Notes under the pieces: generated by a model
The model's input: only the letters and a program-made list of their open reading frames with translations
Databases searched by the model: none
What the model was told of the DNA's origin: nothing
From: Raillietiella orientalis
Lineage: Eukaryota
DNA length: 64,000 nt
Direction of reading: 5' to 3'
Assembly (NCBI GenBank): GCA_036172245.1
Contig: JAYWIR010000004.1
Span: 1,240,001 to 1,304,000 of the forward strand
Shown: in pieces, positions 12,301-24,500 of the stretch
Layout: every line of letters begins with the position of its first letter
How positions within the stretch are numbered: position 1 is the stretch's first letter
Translations under genes and position numbers: made by a program

Positions 12301-13090
12301 GCCTCCCTTGCAGCCTTGTGCTGTCTACGTGGGATCGTCGCTGCATGTGGCAACGCGACGGGAGGACCCAGCGATAGGGATGGCAGCGAATATGCCGTCC
12401 GCTTCCTGAAGATAGCGACGCGATGGCCCCACCTGGAAGTCGACATACAGGAAGAGCTTGCCGGCATCCTCCAGAGGATGTGACCGGACCCTCCCAGCAG
12501 GCTGTGATCCCTTCTCATGCCCTCCCCAGTTCTTTTATTTATTTTTCATTTTCATTTTTCTTTTTGTTTGTGCGCCCTCCCCTTTGCAGCTGCGGTGAAC
12601 CACACCGGTCTGCGAACCGGTGACCCGGCAGGTTTTGCACATCTAGCGCGTGGCTGTATTACTGGTCCAGCCACAGATTCGAGATGTAAAATTTTTATTC
12701 GAGAAAATAAACACCCCGGCGCACCCGGTTGAGAATCTAGATTCCGAACGGTGGAAGAACGAAGTCTCACAAGAACTCGCGGAGATGCTCCGCAGCTCTC
12801 GGGAGGCTAAACCAGTCCTTTGGTAGACTCCACGCATTATTCGAGGGATTCCTGTCGTGTGGCCGAATTTCCAGATCCAACCTGGATGGTCCGACAGCTT
12901 CGACTGCACCCAGCATCATCTTCCCACCTGCGTACATATGGTTTTCGAGGAAGACGTGGTCGATGCTGTCCTCTATCCCGGTCTCTACAGCTAACAAGTT
13001 GCGCGCATGCACGAACGTCCACGCCTCGTTCACCAGGTTGTGCTGTCCGTTCGGCGCACCCGATAGCAGGCGGAGATTGAAATTTTTCAC
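9349..13090 (-). mobile_element. Decayed L1/Tx1-like LINE (APE end, RT, C-terminus, 3' UTR)
   Basis: SIDHVFL (APE); KAPGEDGLPAE, DLRSIGNWHLITVVNANQKLLAK, DLHKAFDCID, AYVDDLLL (RT); C-terminal DRDAIYFSVLFVRIA..QELANILTRM. Homology between astacin copy 1 and copy 2 upstream regions stops at ~9348. Confidence 0.85.
12290..12735 (+). mobile_element. 5'-truncated copy of the same LINE family, nested in opposite orientation
   Basis: Encodes DRDGSEYAVRFLKIATRWPHLEVDIQEELAGILQRM, then a T-rich UTR and AATAAACACCCCGGCGCACCCGGTTG. Interrupts the host frame between EHLREFL and GVRDLEDW. Confidence 0.8.
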
Positions 13091-13092
13091 CT

Positions 13093-14350
13093 AATCACGC
13101 CGGGGCATTTATTTTTTTGTAAAATGGGAACAAAGTTCATAACCGAAGACTACAAGAAATAAAGAAGAGGGTCTATTGGCACGCAGACCGGAAAAACGGA
13201 AAGTTCGGAACGGAGGAGGGACAAGAGGGCAACCAAAATAAATATGATTGGGTGGGATGGGGCAGGGATCATTGGATTCGCACCGCACGCACTGGGATGC
13301 AAAGGAAAAAAAAAACACCGGGAAAAATTGCGAAACGAACAGGGATAGGGAATGAAAAAAATAAATAAATAAAGAAGGGCAACGGACCAGGGTCCCCGGA
13401 CTCGAACGTTCCTAACCATTCTCAAATCGGCGCTCTATGTCGGTGATCGCCTTTGTCTCTTCGTCCAAGTGATGCCTCCTTGCAGTCGCGCTGATAGACG
13501 GCTGCCATGGTGGTGACATCCTTTCGCGGTAGCCTGCAGCACATTTCGGGCTGTGACAATGGCGCGAATGCAACCCGTGGTTGCCATCACCGCGCCAGTC
13601 ATGAGTCCTTCGGTGCGAAGAACCTTCGCACCACATCTCGAGCGGTGTCCTCTTGGTGCAGGAATGCTGCTGCCGGTCAGACAGCCTTTGGAGGGCACCG
13701 CATTCCATAAGTAGGGGGAACTGGCACAGTTAGGGGAAGCAAACCCTCCGGAAACTCGGTGCCACCGCTCGTTGTACTGGAATCCCTAGTGCACAAAGAG
13801 CAGCACGTCTTGTTTCCAACTCAGTGGAAACAATGATGCGTTCACGCAGTTTGAGGAGACCATTAGTTCTTTGGGAGCAACACTCGACAGTTCGCACCAC
13901 CGAAGAAGTCCCGCAGCAGCTGTTTGTGGAGTGGCTGCATCTGCCTACTCGCGCGCCTTCCAGCCACCCAAGAGTTTTGGAGTTCCCACGATAGTGCAGG
14001 AGCGCTTCCACCTCCCCAGTAGGCTACTGTCTTCTCTTTCCTTGAGAGCATACAGAGCTGCCGCAAGGGGGGTGGCGGTCGGAGCAGAATGCCTCGCCGC
14101 GTCCTACATCACCACTTCCAGTGGTCATGGCAATAGATGTCTCAGGAAGTGAAGATCTTGAGGGCGCATTCCTTGTACTGCAGCCCAGGATTCAACAGTC
14201 TCCCTCTGCCAAGCATTAAAGTTGGGCGGCAGGATTTCCACGAATGACAACCGTCGCTTCTCTTCCAAAGAGAGGAAGGAGCTGAAGCGAGGGAGGTGGC
14301 GACGGCGAGGGTTCGCTTGTTGCCAAAAAGAAGAAATCCCAGAGAAACCA
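13093..14350 (-). mobile_element. Probable further LINE 3' portion
   Basis: Minus-strand T-rich UTR-like tract (13110-13400) ending in AATAAATGCCCCGGCG, resembling the family terminus; coding part too decayed to assign. Confidence 0.4.
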
Positions 14351-14569
14351 ACCTAAAAAAAGGCCAGTAGTGACTCCACGAGGAGATCGTTACTACTGGC
14401 CTAGGATACTGGAAATCGTTCGGGGATCTTTTGTGGCTTCGCCGCTTCCTTCACAGCTTTTTTGGGGAGGGCTGGGTGGGAGTTTTCTTGTTTATTGGTT
14501 CTCTGAGTACCTCAAGAGTCGTCGCGCGCCTGGCGGATCACACAGCTCTTTAACACTGTTCCACCACCC

Positions 14570-15075
14570 GTAAGTGCGTGGAATCCTTCATGATAGGGGC
14601 TGCCCCCGGAAGGGACCAGCCTATGAATCCAGGAAGCGCTCTGGAGAAGGGAGTCCGTTCCTCTCACTCCTGGGGAGAAATACCCGAAGGGAACCTCCAC
14701 CACCCTGGTTGTCTCCGAGGGGAAATCCGAAGGGAGTCTCCTTTCTTGTTCCCTTCATTTTTCTTCTTCGGGGAGAACCCGCAAGGGAACCGCTCCTGTT
14801 TACTCCTCCTCTGAAGAGAACCCGAAGGCATGCTTCCGAAATTCGGAAGGGGGCTCCCTGGAGGGAGCGGCACACTTCCTTGCACTCTGGAGAGGTAACA
14901 CACCTACTCCATGGTAGAAAACGGACTTCGTGGGTTTGATCCTTTGCACAACAGGAAGGAACTCTCACTCGTTGATTCTTTTTCCTGGAAGGACCCGGAG
15001 GTCGACTCCCACTCCTGGCTATTCATCAGGGCATCCGCTTTTAACCGCTACCAGTGCAGCATCCGAATGAATAAA
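14570..15075. repeat. Dispersed repeat rich in GAAGGGAAC-like motifs
   Basis: Diverged copies or parts at ~18850-18930, ~19960-20390 and ~39600-39770, sharing e.g. GAACCCGCAAGGGAA..GCTCCT..TTACTCCTC..GAAGAGAACCCG. Confidence 0.65.
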
Positions 15076-15094
15076 AGTCGACCAGTGTCATCTT

Positions 15095-15225
15095 GAAGGA
15101 GGAACTCAAACCAACGACGTACCCGTTTATCGACGTCGATCCTTCAAGGGTGGATTCGAACCCGCAACTCTTAGTGCCGCTCTCAGAGACCACAGTCATG
15201 GACCCTCTAATACCAGCATGAGTAG
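15095..15225 (-). mobile_element. tRNA-derived SINE head or tRNA pseudogene
   Basis: Perfect B-box GGTTCGAATCC (15152-15162, minus strand) with an A-box-like TGGTATTAGAGG about 45 nt upstream; no complete cloverleaf. Confidence 0.45.
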
Positions 15226-15399
15226 CAGGAGAAGAGGGTCGTCCACGTAGGTCAACATGTCCACCTCACAGAGGCAGGCTAACGGAAGGGAAACCAGAGT
15301 TTTCCGAAACCTATTCAGCACCAACTCGAACTATTGAGGAGGAGCGGGATAAAGCTGACGTCACTGGACTAGGAAAAGTGTGCTCCCAAATTCCCATGG

Positions 15400-16250
15400 T
15401 GTATGGGGAGCGGAGTCCTTCCTGCACCTAATAGTAAGGTGGGGCGCAGGTCTCCGGAGTGTGTGGGCACTCCTTCCCACAATCCTGCGTATCCCGAAGA
15501 ACTCCATGGACACAGCTCACCCAGAAAAGAATGTCGCCTGCTGCGACGTCCGCTCAGCTCTCCTCTGCACGACCTGTATGTTTATTTTTTATATAAATAA
15601 GCTCCCCGGAGAAACCGGGTGCCAAACCAGCTCTCTGCTAATTCCGTGACATGATGGTGCCCGAAAGTGCTCGGGGAAGGGATCAGAATAGAAAGGAAGC
15701 CGCTTCGACAGTCATTTCTTCCGTGAGGGTCGCGACGGAGGTTGCCGTGCCCGACGACCCTCAAGGAGGAACTCGCCAGTGCCCTGGCGAGGATGAAGAG
15801 AACGCCAGGGAATCTGCTATGATTCTCCCCTTTTCCTAGTTCCCTCCTTCCCTTCCCCCTTTTAGCTCGGAAAGCAGCTATTTCATTTGGTTGTTTCTTT
15901 TCATTCTTCACACTCCTCTCACCTGTCCCTGCGAGGGAGTGTGCAGAGATCCCTCTATCGGGGACGCTGAAGGTGAGAGTCACACTCCCACTACGAATAG
16001 AAGACTTTTTCCTTTTTCTTCCCGATGGCCGTTTTTTGGTATTCCACGTTATTTCCCAATAAGGGCGCCGGCTGGGGAAGAGGGGAAAACGTAGCTGCTG
16101 CGACCATCCGGAACTTTCTAGCTCGATGCTGCATCTACGCAGCGAGAGACTGGGATCGCATTGGAGGTTGCGAACGTCTCTTCCATGAGAGGTGGCCTCC
16201 GGCAGTTTTTACCGAAGGGCAAGAGAGGAGGAAGGCCTTCCCGGGAACCC
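15400..16250 (+). mobile_element. Decayed L1-like C-terminal region (paralog at ~39770-40480)
   Basis: GAESFLHL..VWALL..IL and FLARCCIYAAR..LFHERW resemble L1/Tx1 C-termini. Contains an extra ~80-bp LINE 3' tip (15546-15625) absent from the paralog. Confidence 0.45.
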
Positions 16251-17063
16251 GCACTCTGGGGGGAGGGCCCGACGTCGGGCGCCTGGGGGGAGTTCGCTGC
16301 ATTGACAGATGAGCAAAATCGAGTGCAGCAGGGATTACAACGCCCGCACCAAGGCCGAGCATGCACCTCCCCTTTCTAGAAGAAGACCCGGCCGAGGTAC
16401 GTTCGGCGCACCATTTCACTTGTTCGCGAGGGCTCCTCCCGGCGAACGCTGGAGCCGCACACATCTGCTTGAGACCACCGTGCGGGGCTGTCGGAGGAGA
16501 CTCATAGACGGATTGTTGGACCCTTCGGGTCCCTGCAAACGAGCCCACGCACATCGTCAGGCGCGTGAGATCTTCATCTCGCGCTCCTGGATGGAGGAGC
16601 GCACCGCCGAACTGGGCGAGTGCCATCCCGCCGCGCCCTCCTATCTTGCACTGGGAGGGAGAGCCGCAGAGGCTTCGAGGCTGCGGATGTCGAGGGTTGC
16701 AATTCCTCGCGCGAGTTTCTTTTCCGATGGAGGAAGCGTTCTTCTCTCTTTGCGGCCGAAAGGCCCCATCGGCTGTCGCAGCGGAGGATGACCACCACCG
16801 CCTCGCTGGAACGGCGCGTAGCCGTTCGACTCTCTCCAGCCCGGGATGGAATCCACGCAAGCGGTGAGGACCCCTCGCTGCTGACGCGGCTCGTGCCCCA
16901 AAAACGGGAGCTGTCCGGTTGTCCCGGATGCCCTCGGGTTCTCTGTGGATTGGAATTCCTCCTTGAGTGGGGAACTTTGGATCTTGGTCTTGAGATCCGG
17001 AAAACGAGCGATGAATCCCGACTGCATCTCCGTATTGAACGATACGGTAGAAAAAAAAAAAAA

Positions 17064-18630
17064 TTTGAAATAATGACAGATGTGAAAGATGATAAGTTTT
17101 GCATGCGAGATTGAGCAACTGCATTCCAATTTCAAGGAGCTCAGCAGCAGCACGAAGAAGCACACATTACTAAGCTATTTGTTTAAGTAGAAACAGGACG
17201 AAGGGCTGCAAGATAGGGAAAATGAGATGCCGTTACCAAACTTTTGGACAGAATGAATGCGGGAAGCGTTATTCAATGTGGAACGGAATATTTTAACCTT
17301 TGCTGATCATAACGAGGCGAACGAGAAACACGAAGTGCACATGCGTGTGCACTATGTGCATCCTCCTTTCTGAAGGGGATGTGTATTCTTAACACATGAT
17401 GAGTGAAAACACATCATTCCCGATGCATTTGAGATGGATACAAACATGAACGGAAACAACGGATGACCAAATGCAGGACGTTTTGCAGGAATGACAGTTT
17501 CTCCCTGAAGGATGCGTTCCTTTCTATTGCCTCCATTTTGCAGGAAAGGAAGAAGCTTCCTGGCAGCATTCAATATCCTCGAATCCTACCGTGCAAGAAC
17601 TGCCGAAGGAATTCGTTGTTGTGCCTTTGCTATTCAACATTCAAGATTTCCGAGTTATCTCACTTTTTCAAGCAAAGCTATTGAGTGCTCACTCACTGAT
17701 TCCCAAAGCAGGGAGTCGGATCTCAAGGGAAAGCTGAAGAGAATTTCACAGCGATGGCATCGCTTCTCTTTTCAGAAGACAAAAAATCGAGTCCCAAGTG
17801 TTCCTCTTGGCGGACTGAGATCGTGGATGCACCTGCTTTCCAAAGAAAAAAAAAAAAAAATCCTGTCTCATGTGTAAATGACCTCAAAGACAAGTTCGTG
17901 GAGATGCCAAAGAAACAGCAATAACGAAAATGTTACTTCACCCTAAAGAGCGATCATAACATTTAATTATTGTTATTACCAAGAAAGAGGTGGTTCCGGA
18001 TAGAAGGGATGCGGAAACTTTGGCTCGCGCAGCTCTCAGCTGACAGTCGGCAATTTCGGCAGCTGTGCGCGTGATTTTAGCTGTGCCAAATTTTGCTCCC
18101 GAGGAGATTCTGAGCACTCCAATAACTTGGCGCTTTGGGATACGCTCGTTTCCTCACATATAAAACAAACGCAAACGTGAGAAAAGGAACGCATAATTTC
18201 CTTCCAAACACGCAGGAAGACAGGGTGACATCGACTGCACCTACCAGAAGACACCAGGAGTCAAGGAGAGCATTTTCCAGAAATGCCCAATCCAATGATT
18301 GTGCTCTTTTTCCATCGGGTCGGTCTCTGGGAATCACCGAAAGCAACTTGGTTGAATGGAGAGGAACAAGAAACCGGGATGGGGGAGATGCTCCGGATGA
18401 CCGGACAATACTTGCCATATTCTTCATTCCATCCCTGTCGAAGGTGAAGGATTATAGGCCACAAGAGATGATTCTTCTGCATACTTCGTTTCTTGCGCCT
18501 GCAGAATGCCGCTCTTTTCGTTTAAAAGATGTCTCGATTGATTTCCATCTTTCATATGAAGAGAGGCATTCGCATGGTCCGGGAGACGCCCGAGCAAATG
18601 ACTCCAGTAGATGTCTCCTAGTTTATCGGA
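17064..18630 (+). repeat. Duplicated segment, partner ~40522-42660
   Basis: Offset 24029 over 17360-18630. The partner has an extra ~630 bp (40756-41387) and lacks ~60 bp near 17180-17228. Confidence 0.93.
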
Positions 18631-18690
18631 TACGTAAAGTGCATGATTTTACCCAACTGCTTTCTGATGATGGAAATCCTTTTGGGCTCT
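18560..18690 (-). mobile_element. 3' remnant of the same REL element
   Basis: 18560-18630 is homologous to 42590-42660 and encodes DIYWSHLLG. Confidence 0.55.
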
Positions 18691-18959
18691 TCACTGTCTT
18701 CTCTGCTTCCCTTCCAGCGTTTTTTTTTTTCAGGTTTTCCTTTTTTGGTTCGCCGAGTACCGCAAGAAGCGCCGGGCGCCAGGCGGTTCAGAGCCTTTAA
18801 CACGGTTCCACACTACCCGAGGATGCGTGTAATTCTTCAAGATAGGGGACATCCCACGAGCAAACCACCCTATGAATCCGTAAGGGCTCCGGAGAAGGGA
18901 GTCTGTTCTTCTCACTCTTCGGGAGGGATCAACAAAGTGGAGGTTACCTTTTGCCTGTG

Positions 18960-19330
18960 CCCGACAGGGCGGAAGTTTGGTAAGTATTCTTGGAAATTAC
19001 CACCTACGGTGTATTATTCCAGTTCGATGAACGATCATGATCTCGATGGTGCCAATATGCACGAATTCGTACCCTTAATAAGAAACAGCAAGTATTCGAA
19101 AGGCCAATTCCCGACACGGTTTCGACAAGTCCCATGTGCAGATGCGAACCCATGTGCAGAAGCAGGTGGACGTTGAAGTCCCCTACTACGAGATGTGCCA
19201 CTCTGGCTCCGGAGTTCCTGAGAAAAGTATTCCAGAGGAAAACCTGCAGTGACCCCCAGTGCTTCTGGGTAGACGCACTCTCCCATGAAAGTGGCAGGCG
19301 TCGGTGCTGCTGCTGCTGCACTGGGCCCTC
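18960..19330 (-). mobile_element. LINE APE endonuclease fragment
   Basis: HLVVGDFNVH motif in ORF 19004-19429. Confidence 0.55.
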
Positions 19331-19439
19331 CCTTGCAACGCCCGCCCGCATCACGGCTGTGTGGACGCGAACTGTCAGGTGCGGGAGCGCTAATCCCTCC
19401 CGCACCTGCTTGTGGATTGTGTTACCCACCGTTCCCTCT

Positions 19440-19938
19440 GAAAGTGCTTTTCCACGACTCTAGGAACCCACGGCGGCAACCATAGGACGCTTTGCAAACC
19501 TGCTTATTCGCGACGCACTTCGGCCAGCAGCCTCGCTAGCAGCTTTCTGCTGCCTACGCGGGATCGTCGCTGCCTGGAGCGAGACAAGAGGAGGATACAG
19601 AGAAAGGAATGTCATTTACTTCGCTGTCCGATTCATGAGGATGGTAACTAGATGGTCCCATCTGAAGGACCCTATGCAGCAAGAGCCCGCATCCTCCGAA
19701 GGGTGCAAAGGACCACACTCAACAGGACATTATGCCTTCCCGTATCTCCTTATTTTGTTTCCTTTTCTTTTTGTTTTCCCCCTCACCACTGCTGCTGTGG
19801 CGAACCCGACCGGCCTGCGAGTCGGTAACCCGACAGAATCTCGGTAAAATGCACGTGGCTGCACCACCAATCCAACCACAATCTTTTGTGGATGTTTATT
19901 TTTATTAAAATAAACGCTTCGGCGTACCCGGGTGAGAA
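19440..19938 (+). mobile_element. 5'-truncated copy of the L1/Tx1-like family
   Basis: YFAVRFMRMVTRWSHLKDPMQQE, T-rich UTR, terminus AATAAACGCTTCGGCGTACCCGGGTGAGAA. Confidence 0.8.
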
Positions 19939-20523
19939 TTCACCTTGGTAGGCTCTGAAAGGAACACCGAAGGGAATCATTACCTTATTTTTTCAGGAAC
20001 GACCCCCGAAGGGGACTGTTCCATTTTTTCTTCTCCGAAGGGAACCCGCAAGGGAAACGCTCCTTGTTACTCCTCTGAAGAGAACCCGGAAGCGACGCTT
20101 CCGAATTTTCTCTGAAGGGTGCTTCTCGAAGGGAGCAGCGCGCTTCTTTCCACTCTGGGGAGGCATCATCAATCCACCAGATCCATGAACCGAGACGGAG
20201 GGTCCATCCCCGAAGGGGGAAAGGGGGAGGAGACAGCTCCTTTGCACAACCGGATGGGAACCCAGAAGGGAACCGGACTCCTTGATTCTGTTTTTTGGAA
20301 GAACCTGAAGGGTCAACTCCCAATCCTGGCCACTCATCAGGGGCATCCGGCTTGAAGCACTACCAGTGCCGCACCCGAATAGAGGCCAAACAGCGTATTT
20401 TGCAGGGGGAACTGCAAAATACGCTGCACCCATTTCTCGGAGTCGGTCCTTTCGGAGTATTCCAGCCCGCGACGCCTGGTGTCAGGCGCTCAGACCTCAG
20501 CAGTCACGTGACCTCCGACGCGA

Positions 20524-20536
20524 GCCGAGAAGCGAT
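20524..20536 (-). ncRNA. U2: U2 snRNA nt 1-13 remnant at the paralogous position
   Basis: Minus strand ATCGCTTCTCGGC, in the same upstream context as 43222-43234. Confidence 0.55.
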
Positions 20537-21445
20537 TCCCGAAAACGGTTTCTCTTATATGTGGTTGGTTCGATGCTTCCTGTTCGATTTTTCCTGCGCC
20601 ATTGGATCTCAACTCTTTTCACGTCCACGAAGCTTTTGTATATCCTAGGTCTGGAGCACGTTTGTAAGTCAGGAAAGGGAATCCTTCCTACTTGGGAGCG
20701 AGTGACGCTAAGCCTTGTCAGTTTTTTCCAAATCCTATCGCAAAACGATGTGAAATCTTCGAAGTACCGTTGAGATAAAATCAGAGGCCGCGCTAAAGAT
20801 GCAAAAAAGCAGCGAATGAGTGCATTGAGACTAAACTCGGAAGCTGAATTCACTGAATCACAGGCTGCAGATTTTCACACAGCAAAACTCGAAAGAAAAA
20901 AGATTAATGGGAAAAAAGCTCCCTGGAAAGCTTATCAAACTGCTTCTTCACCTGTTCACACGGTCATCTATTGACTCCATCACTTTGTCCTGAATTCTCA
21001 CGTTCTTCATCTGAGGGCAGACACGAAAGGCCTGTTGTCATGTCTTTCCAGTCTGCATTGTTCTTCAATGGTACGATCATCACCTGGACGGTTCTCGCAT
21101 CCATAAAGCTATTTTCCAAGAAATTTGGAGAACGGATCCCAACATTCTACAGTACTGAGCAGCTGGACTTGTGCCAAAGAAGGCGACTCTTTGATAAAAT
21201 AATTCAAAAGTGGAAATCAACGACAGATTCAGCTCCTGATGATTCGACTCATCTGCAGTTGCGCACCACATATGGCAACATGGAAGCCCACCGACAAGTT
21301 TTGGAAAGACGTGAAGGAGAATCGCAGGAGGAATGCTCCACAGATTTTGCCGTTTCCTTCTCGTGCTGTACATTATTTGACGAAAGAGTAAAAGGAGGGA
21401 AAGAAGGGATTCGAGGCTAGAAAGTATTTTTAAAGAAACGCTGCC

Positions 21446-21516
21446 CACATTAGTTTCAATTGTAGGATGCTCCACATTTTCAAAACTGCTTCACATTAGT
21501 TTCAATTGTAGGATGC
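21446..21516. repeat. Local tandem duplication, period 46 bp
   Basis: CACATTAGTTTCAATTGTAGGATGC at 21446-21470 and 21492-21516; also at ~44130-44200. Confidence 0.85.
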
Positions 21517-24500
21517 AAGAAATCTCAAGATGGAAGAATACGAAGGACGAACACAAGGGGATTGATAGTGGCAGGCAATTGGAGTTAAAACCATTTGCCA
21601 TAATGGTGAGCTCCAGAATGAGAACCCCCCCCGGAAATAGGAAAGAAGGTCTGCAGAACAGCAGCAGCAGATTCTTTGAACCAAGAAAGCACCTTCTTCG
21701 GAGGAAGGGGTGACGAGCCAATCTCTCGTGGTGAGCGCTCCGAGCTCTCACAAGACAAATCCGTTTTGTAAATCTTTACAGAACTTTTCGTAGAAGAATC
21801 TTCTTGAATCGGCAGCATCCGTAACGGAAGCTAGCCGACGCTCTTACTCTATCTTCGCATGCTTCATCGGTGTGAGGGACTCCCTGCTTTCTGGAAAACA
21901 TAGGATGAGTCGTCGTCAGCACTGTAATTACGAGAGACTCAGCGACATGCCCAAACTTCCAAGGATGTCAGCAGGACACCATCAAAAAGGAAATAACCTT
22001 CCCCTCAGGATTGTGTTTACTTTTTCGTCGACCGCGTACACGTTAAGAGAGTCAGCACCATCACAGAAAAGTTGAAACTTTCACCATCATCTCCGTCTGC
22101 TGTCTTCGACTCGTCCTCACAACGAAGCTACGATTATTGACAGTGCTCTCATGATGGGCAGTGAATCCGTTGCTCCCAATATACGCCACTTGATAGTGGA
22201 TGTGCCGGCACGCAACCTTCAGAGATCTCCTTGCTTCATGGCTCATTGGATTCCAGAGATCCGATGGAGATGATTCTAACGGTCGCAGGACCTCCTTCGG
22301 AGAGGAAGCAGAGAGCCGGTCCTCGATAGTGACTCTGCCCAGTTGCGACGGTCTGAATGAGAAGGAAATGAATTCCAGTCATAGCTTCTCAATGTCAGTG
22401 TGATCGCACAATATGCTTAATAAAAAAAAAAATGAAAACACGCACCACCACAAAATTTTCTCCTACCAAGCATCACCTGCATTGATAGAAAGTATTTGTG
22501 AACCGAAAAATGGCGTTCCTTTAAGCATTGCTTTGGTGTTTTCTTTTCCTGGTAACAAAATTATTCATTGAAGCCATGTAAACTCTGGGAAACGCTCGAC
22601 CTCCTCAAACAAAGTTCCTGCTTCCAAGTCTTTTCAAATTACGTTAAGATGCAAAAAAAAATTGGTAAAAATTGGGGTTTCTCCATCTTACCACTTGGAC
22701 GCAGTCTGTCTTTAGCAGACACCTTTTGGTGTCGTATCGTAACCCATCACAAGCCCTTGTTTTAGGGTGCTGAAAGTCTTCATATGACTGGGGCATGCCC
22801 ACGCCGAATTGTACAACTATGTACTGAAAATGCTCGTTTGGATATTCTTCTGAACGTTTAAATGCTGGCTCCCGACTGAATTACCGCGGCAGCCCAAGTT
22901 CATTCTTCATGCCTGCAGGCACATACTGTTCAGACAATGCAAACGTATACGGAAAACCTACAAATTCCAGCTTTCCTGATTTGTCCATATTCTGCACTTT
23001 GGATCACACTTTCCACAGGGAAGTTATCCTCCCGTCTTCGGTTACGATTGCAGTACAAGAGAAGAAACGGTTTCCTTCTGGTGCGTTACTCAGGAAAAGA
23101 CTGCAGGAAGTTTTCGAGCAGTGCTATCCATCATTTCGTAACAAAAGTGACTGCAGACATTGCAGAGCCTCCGTAGCGGTTAATTGTAGTTGAAACTGAT
23201 GGAAAGATGCGAATAAAATGCAAGTATCGAAATTGTGAACCGAATCCAAAAAGCCCAAGTATTCCTTTCCTAGGAAAATGGAAGGATAGGATAATTAACT
23301 AACGGCACTATGAAAAACAAAACAAAAAAAACTACAATCCGAACGAGAACACGAGGGGAATAACCGAAGGGAGAGAACCGATATTGAAAGATAGACGAAT
23401 ATAAGTCACTCTGTGGGGCTCTATCAAAACGATGTCTGCTTACAAAAAAAAAAAAAAAAAAACATGTATTTCTTTTTGAAAAGGCAAAGGATCAAGGAAC
23501 GTTGCACCTGTGATTGGTACGAACATTTTGCAGGAACACAATCCATCTATACTTATGTCGAGCAGCTCGCTGTTCTTTTGGCTGTTTTGGCAATGATTGC
23601 TGCTTTCATGCAACCTTGGGAAACATCATCCAAAACTCTACAAGGGTTAGCTGATCCAATGGACGACTGCTGATTTAAATTCAGAATTCGGAACAAATAG
23701 AGAAACACTACAGCGTAAACGAAGGATATTTTGTGAGCAAAACCGTAAGAGTCCAGGAGTCATCAAGGAACAGTCATGAATTTTCAAGCAAAAAAAAACC
23801 ACCTGCATTTAGTTGTAATTTGTGTTTCCGAACACGGTGTGTCTTATCTTTTGGAATGACCCTGAGATTCTCAACTTTCAGTTCTATTGCGATGACTTCT
23901 CCCCTTCAGGTTGCTGAGCAAGAGGGAGAAGGGAATTCAAGATCAACGTAATTCAGAACGCCATCTACTGGAAGTCTTAGTTATGAATTGGGAAGCAACA
24001 TGCGGCATGCATCGACTTCAGCTTCTTTTCCTTAACGTTAGACCAATAAGTGGAGGTAATGCCTCACGGGAACACTTTCGTACAATTGGAAACAGAAGTA
24101 AACCCCTTTGCAGTGACCAGTTGGGAATAATTGCCAACATCTATTGCAAGCAAACTATCGTCACCGTTCTTGGCGACACGAAGCAGCTCGAGGATACTCT
24201 TCGCACATCACAGCTGAATACCGTTATCCCATACTTCCGTCCATTCGAAGTACGAATGCGTGAAGCGAGAGCACCTGAATTCTTCATACACTCGTTGAGT
24301 TCATATCACGTACTTCCCTGAGAACAATCGCCATTATTTGATTTCATGACCGATTCATGTACGCATGTTTTCGATTCCACATGTTCTGCTTAGTTTGTCC
24401 TTTCCTTGTTTGTGCACTTTCATACAACTCTCGAATCTTTGTTGTTTTACCTATTCCGTTATTGACGGGATTCAGTATTAAGCGGTCGAGATGGCATCCA

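Noticed and set aside
14345..14410. HDV-like ribozyme (TCCTCGTGG) or Helitron 3' end (hairpin plus CTAG)
   Set aside because: No room for P2 and no catalytic-C strand; the CTAG overlaps the stem and is not followed by T.
16135..17163. 342-aa ORF and overlapping long ORFs
   Set aside because: GC-rich, Arg/Ser/Pro-biased, no recognisable domain, and mostly absent from the paralogous unit; probably TE debris.
18660..18680. CTGATGA..GAAA hammerhead-like core (also CTGATGA on the minus strand near 15023 and 20334)
   Set aside because: No stem II between the motifs, or no downstream GAAA; the required helices are absent.
21446..21516. Two 25-bp direct repeats with a 21-bp gap, CRISPR-like
   Set aside because: Only two units, the gap partly repeats the left flank (simple 46-bp duplication), no cas genes, and the context is eukaryotic.
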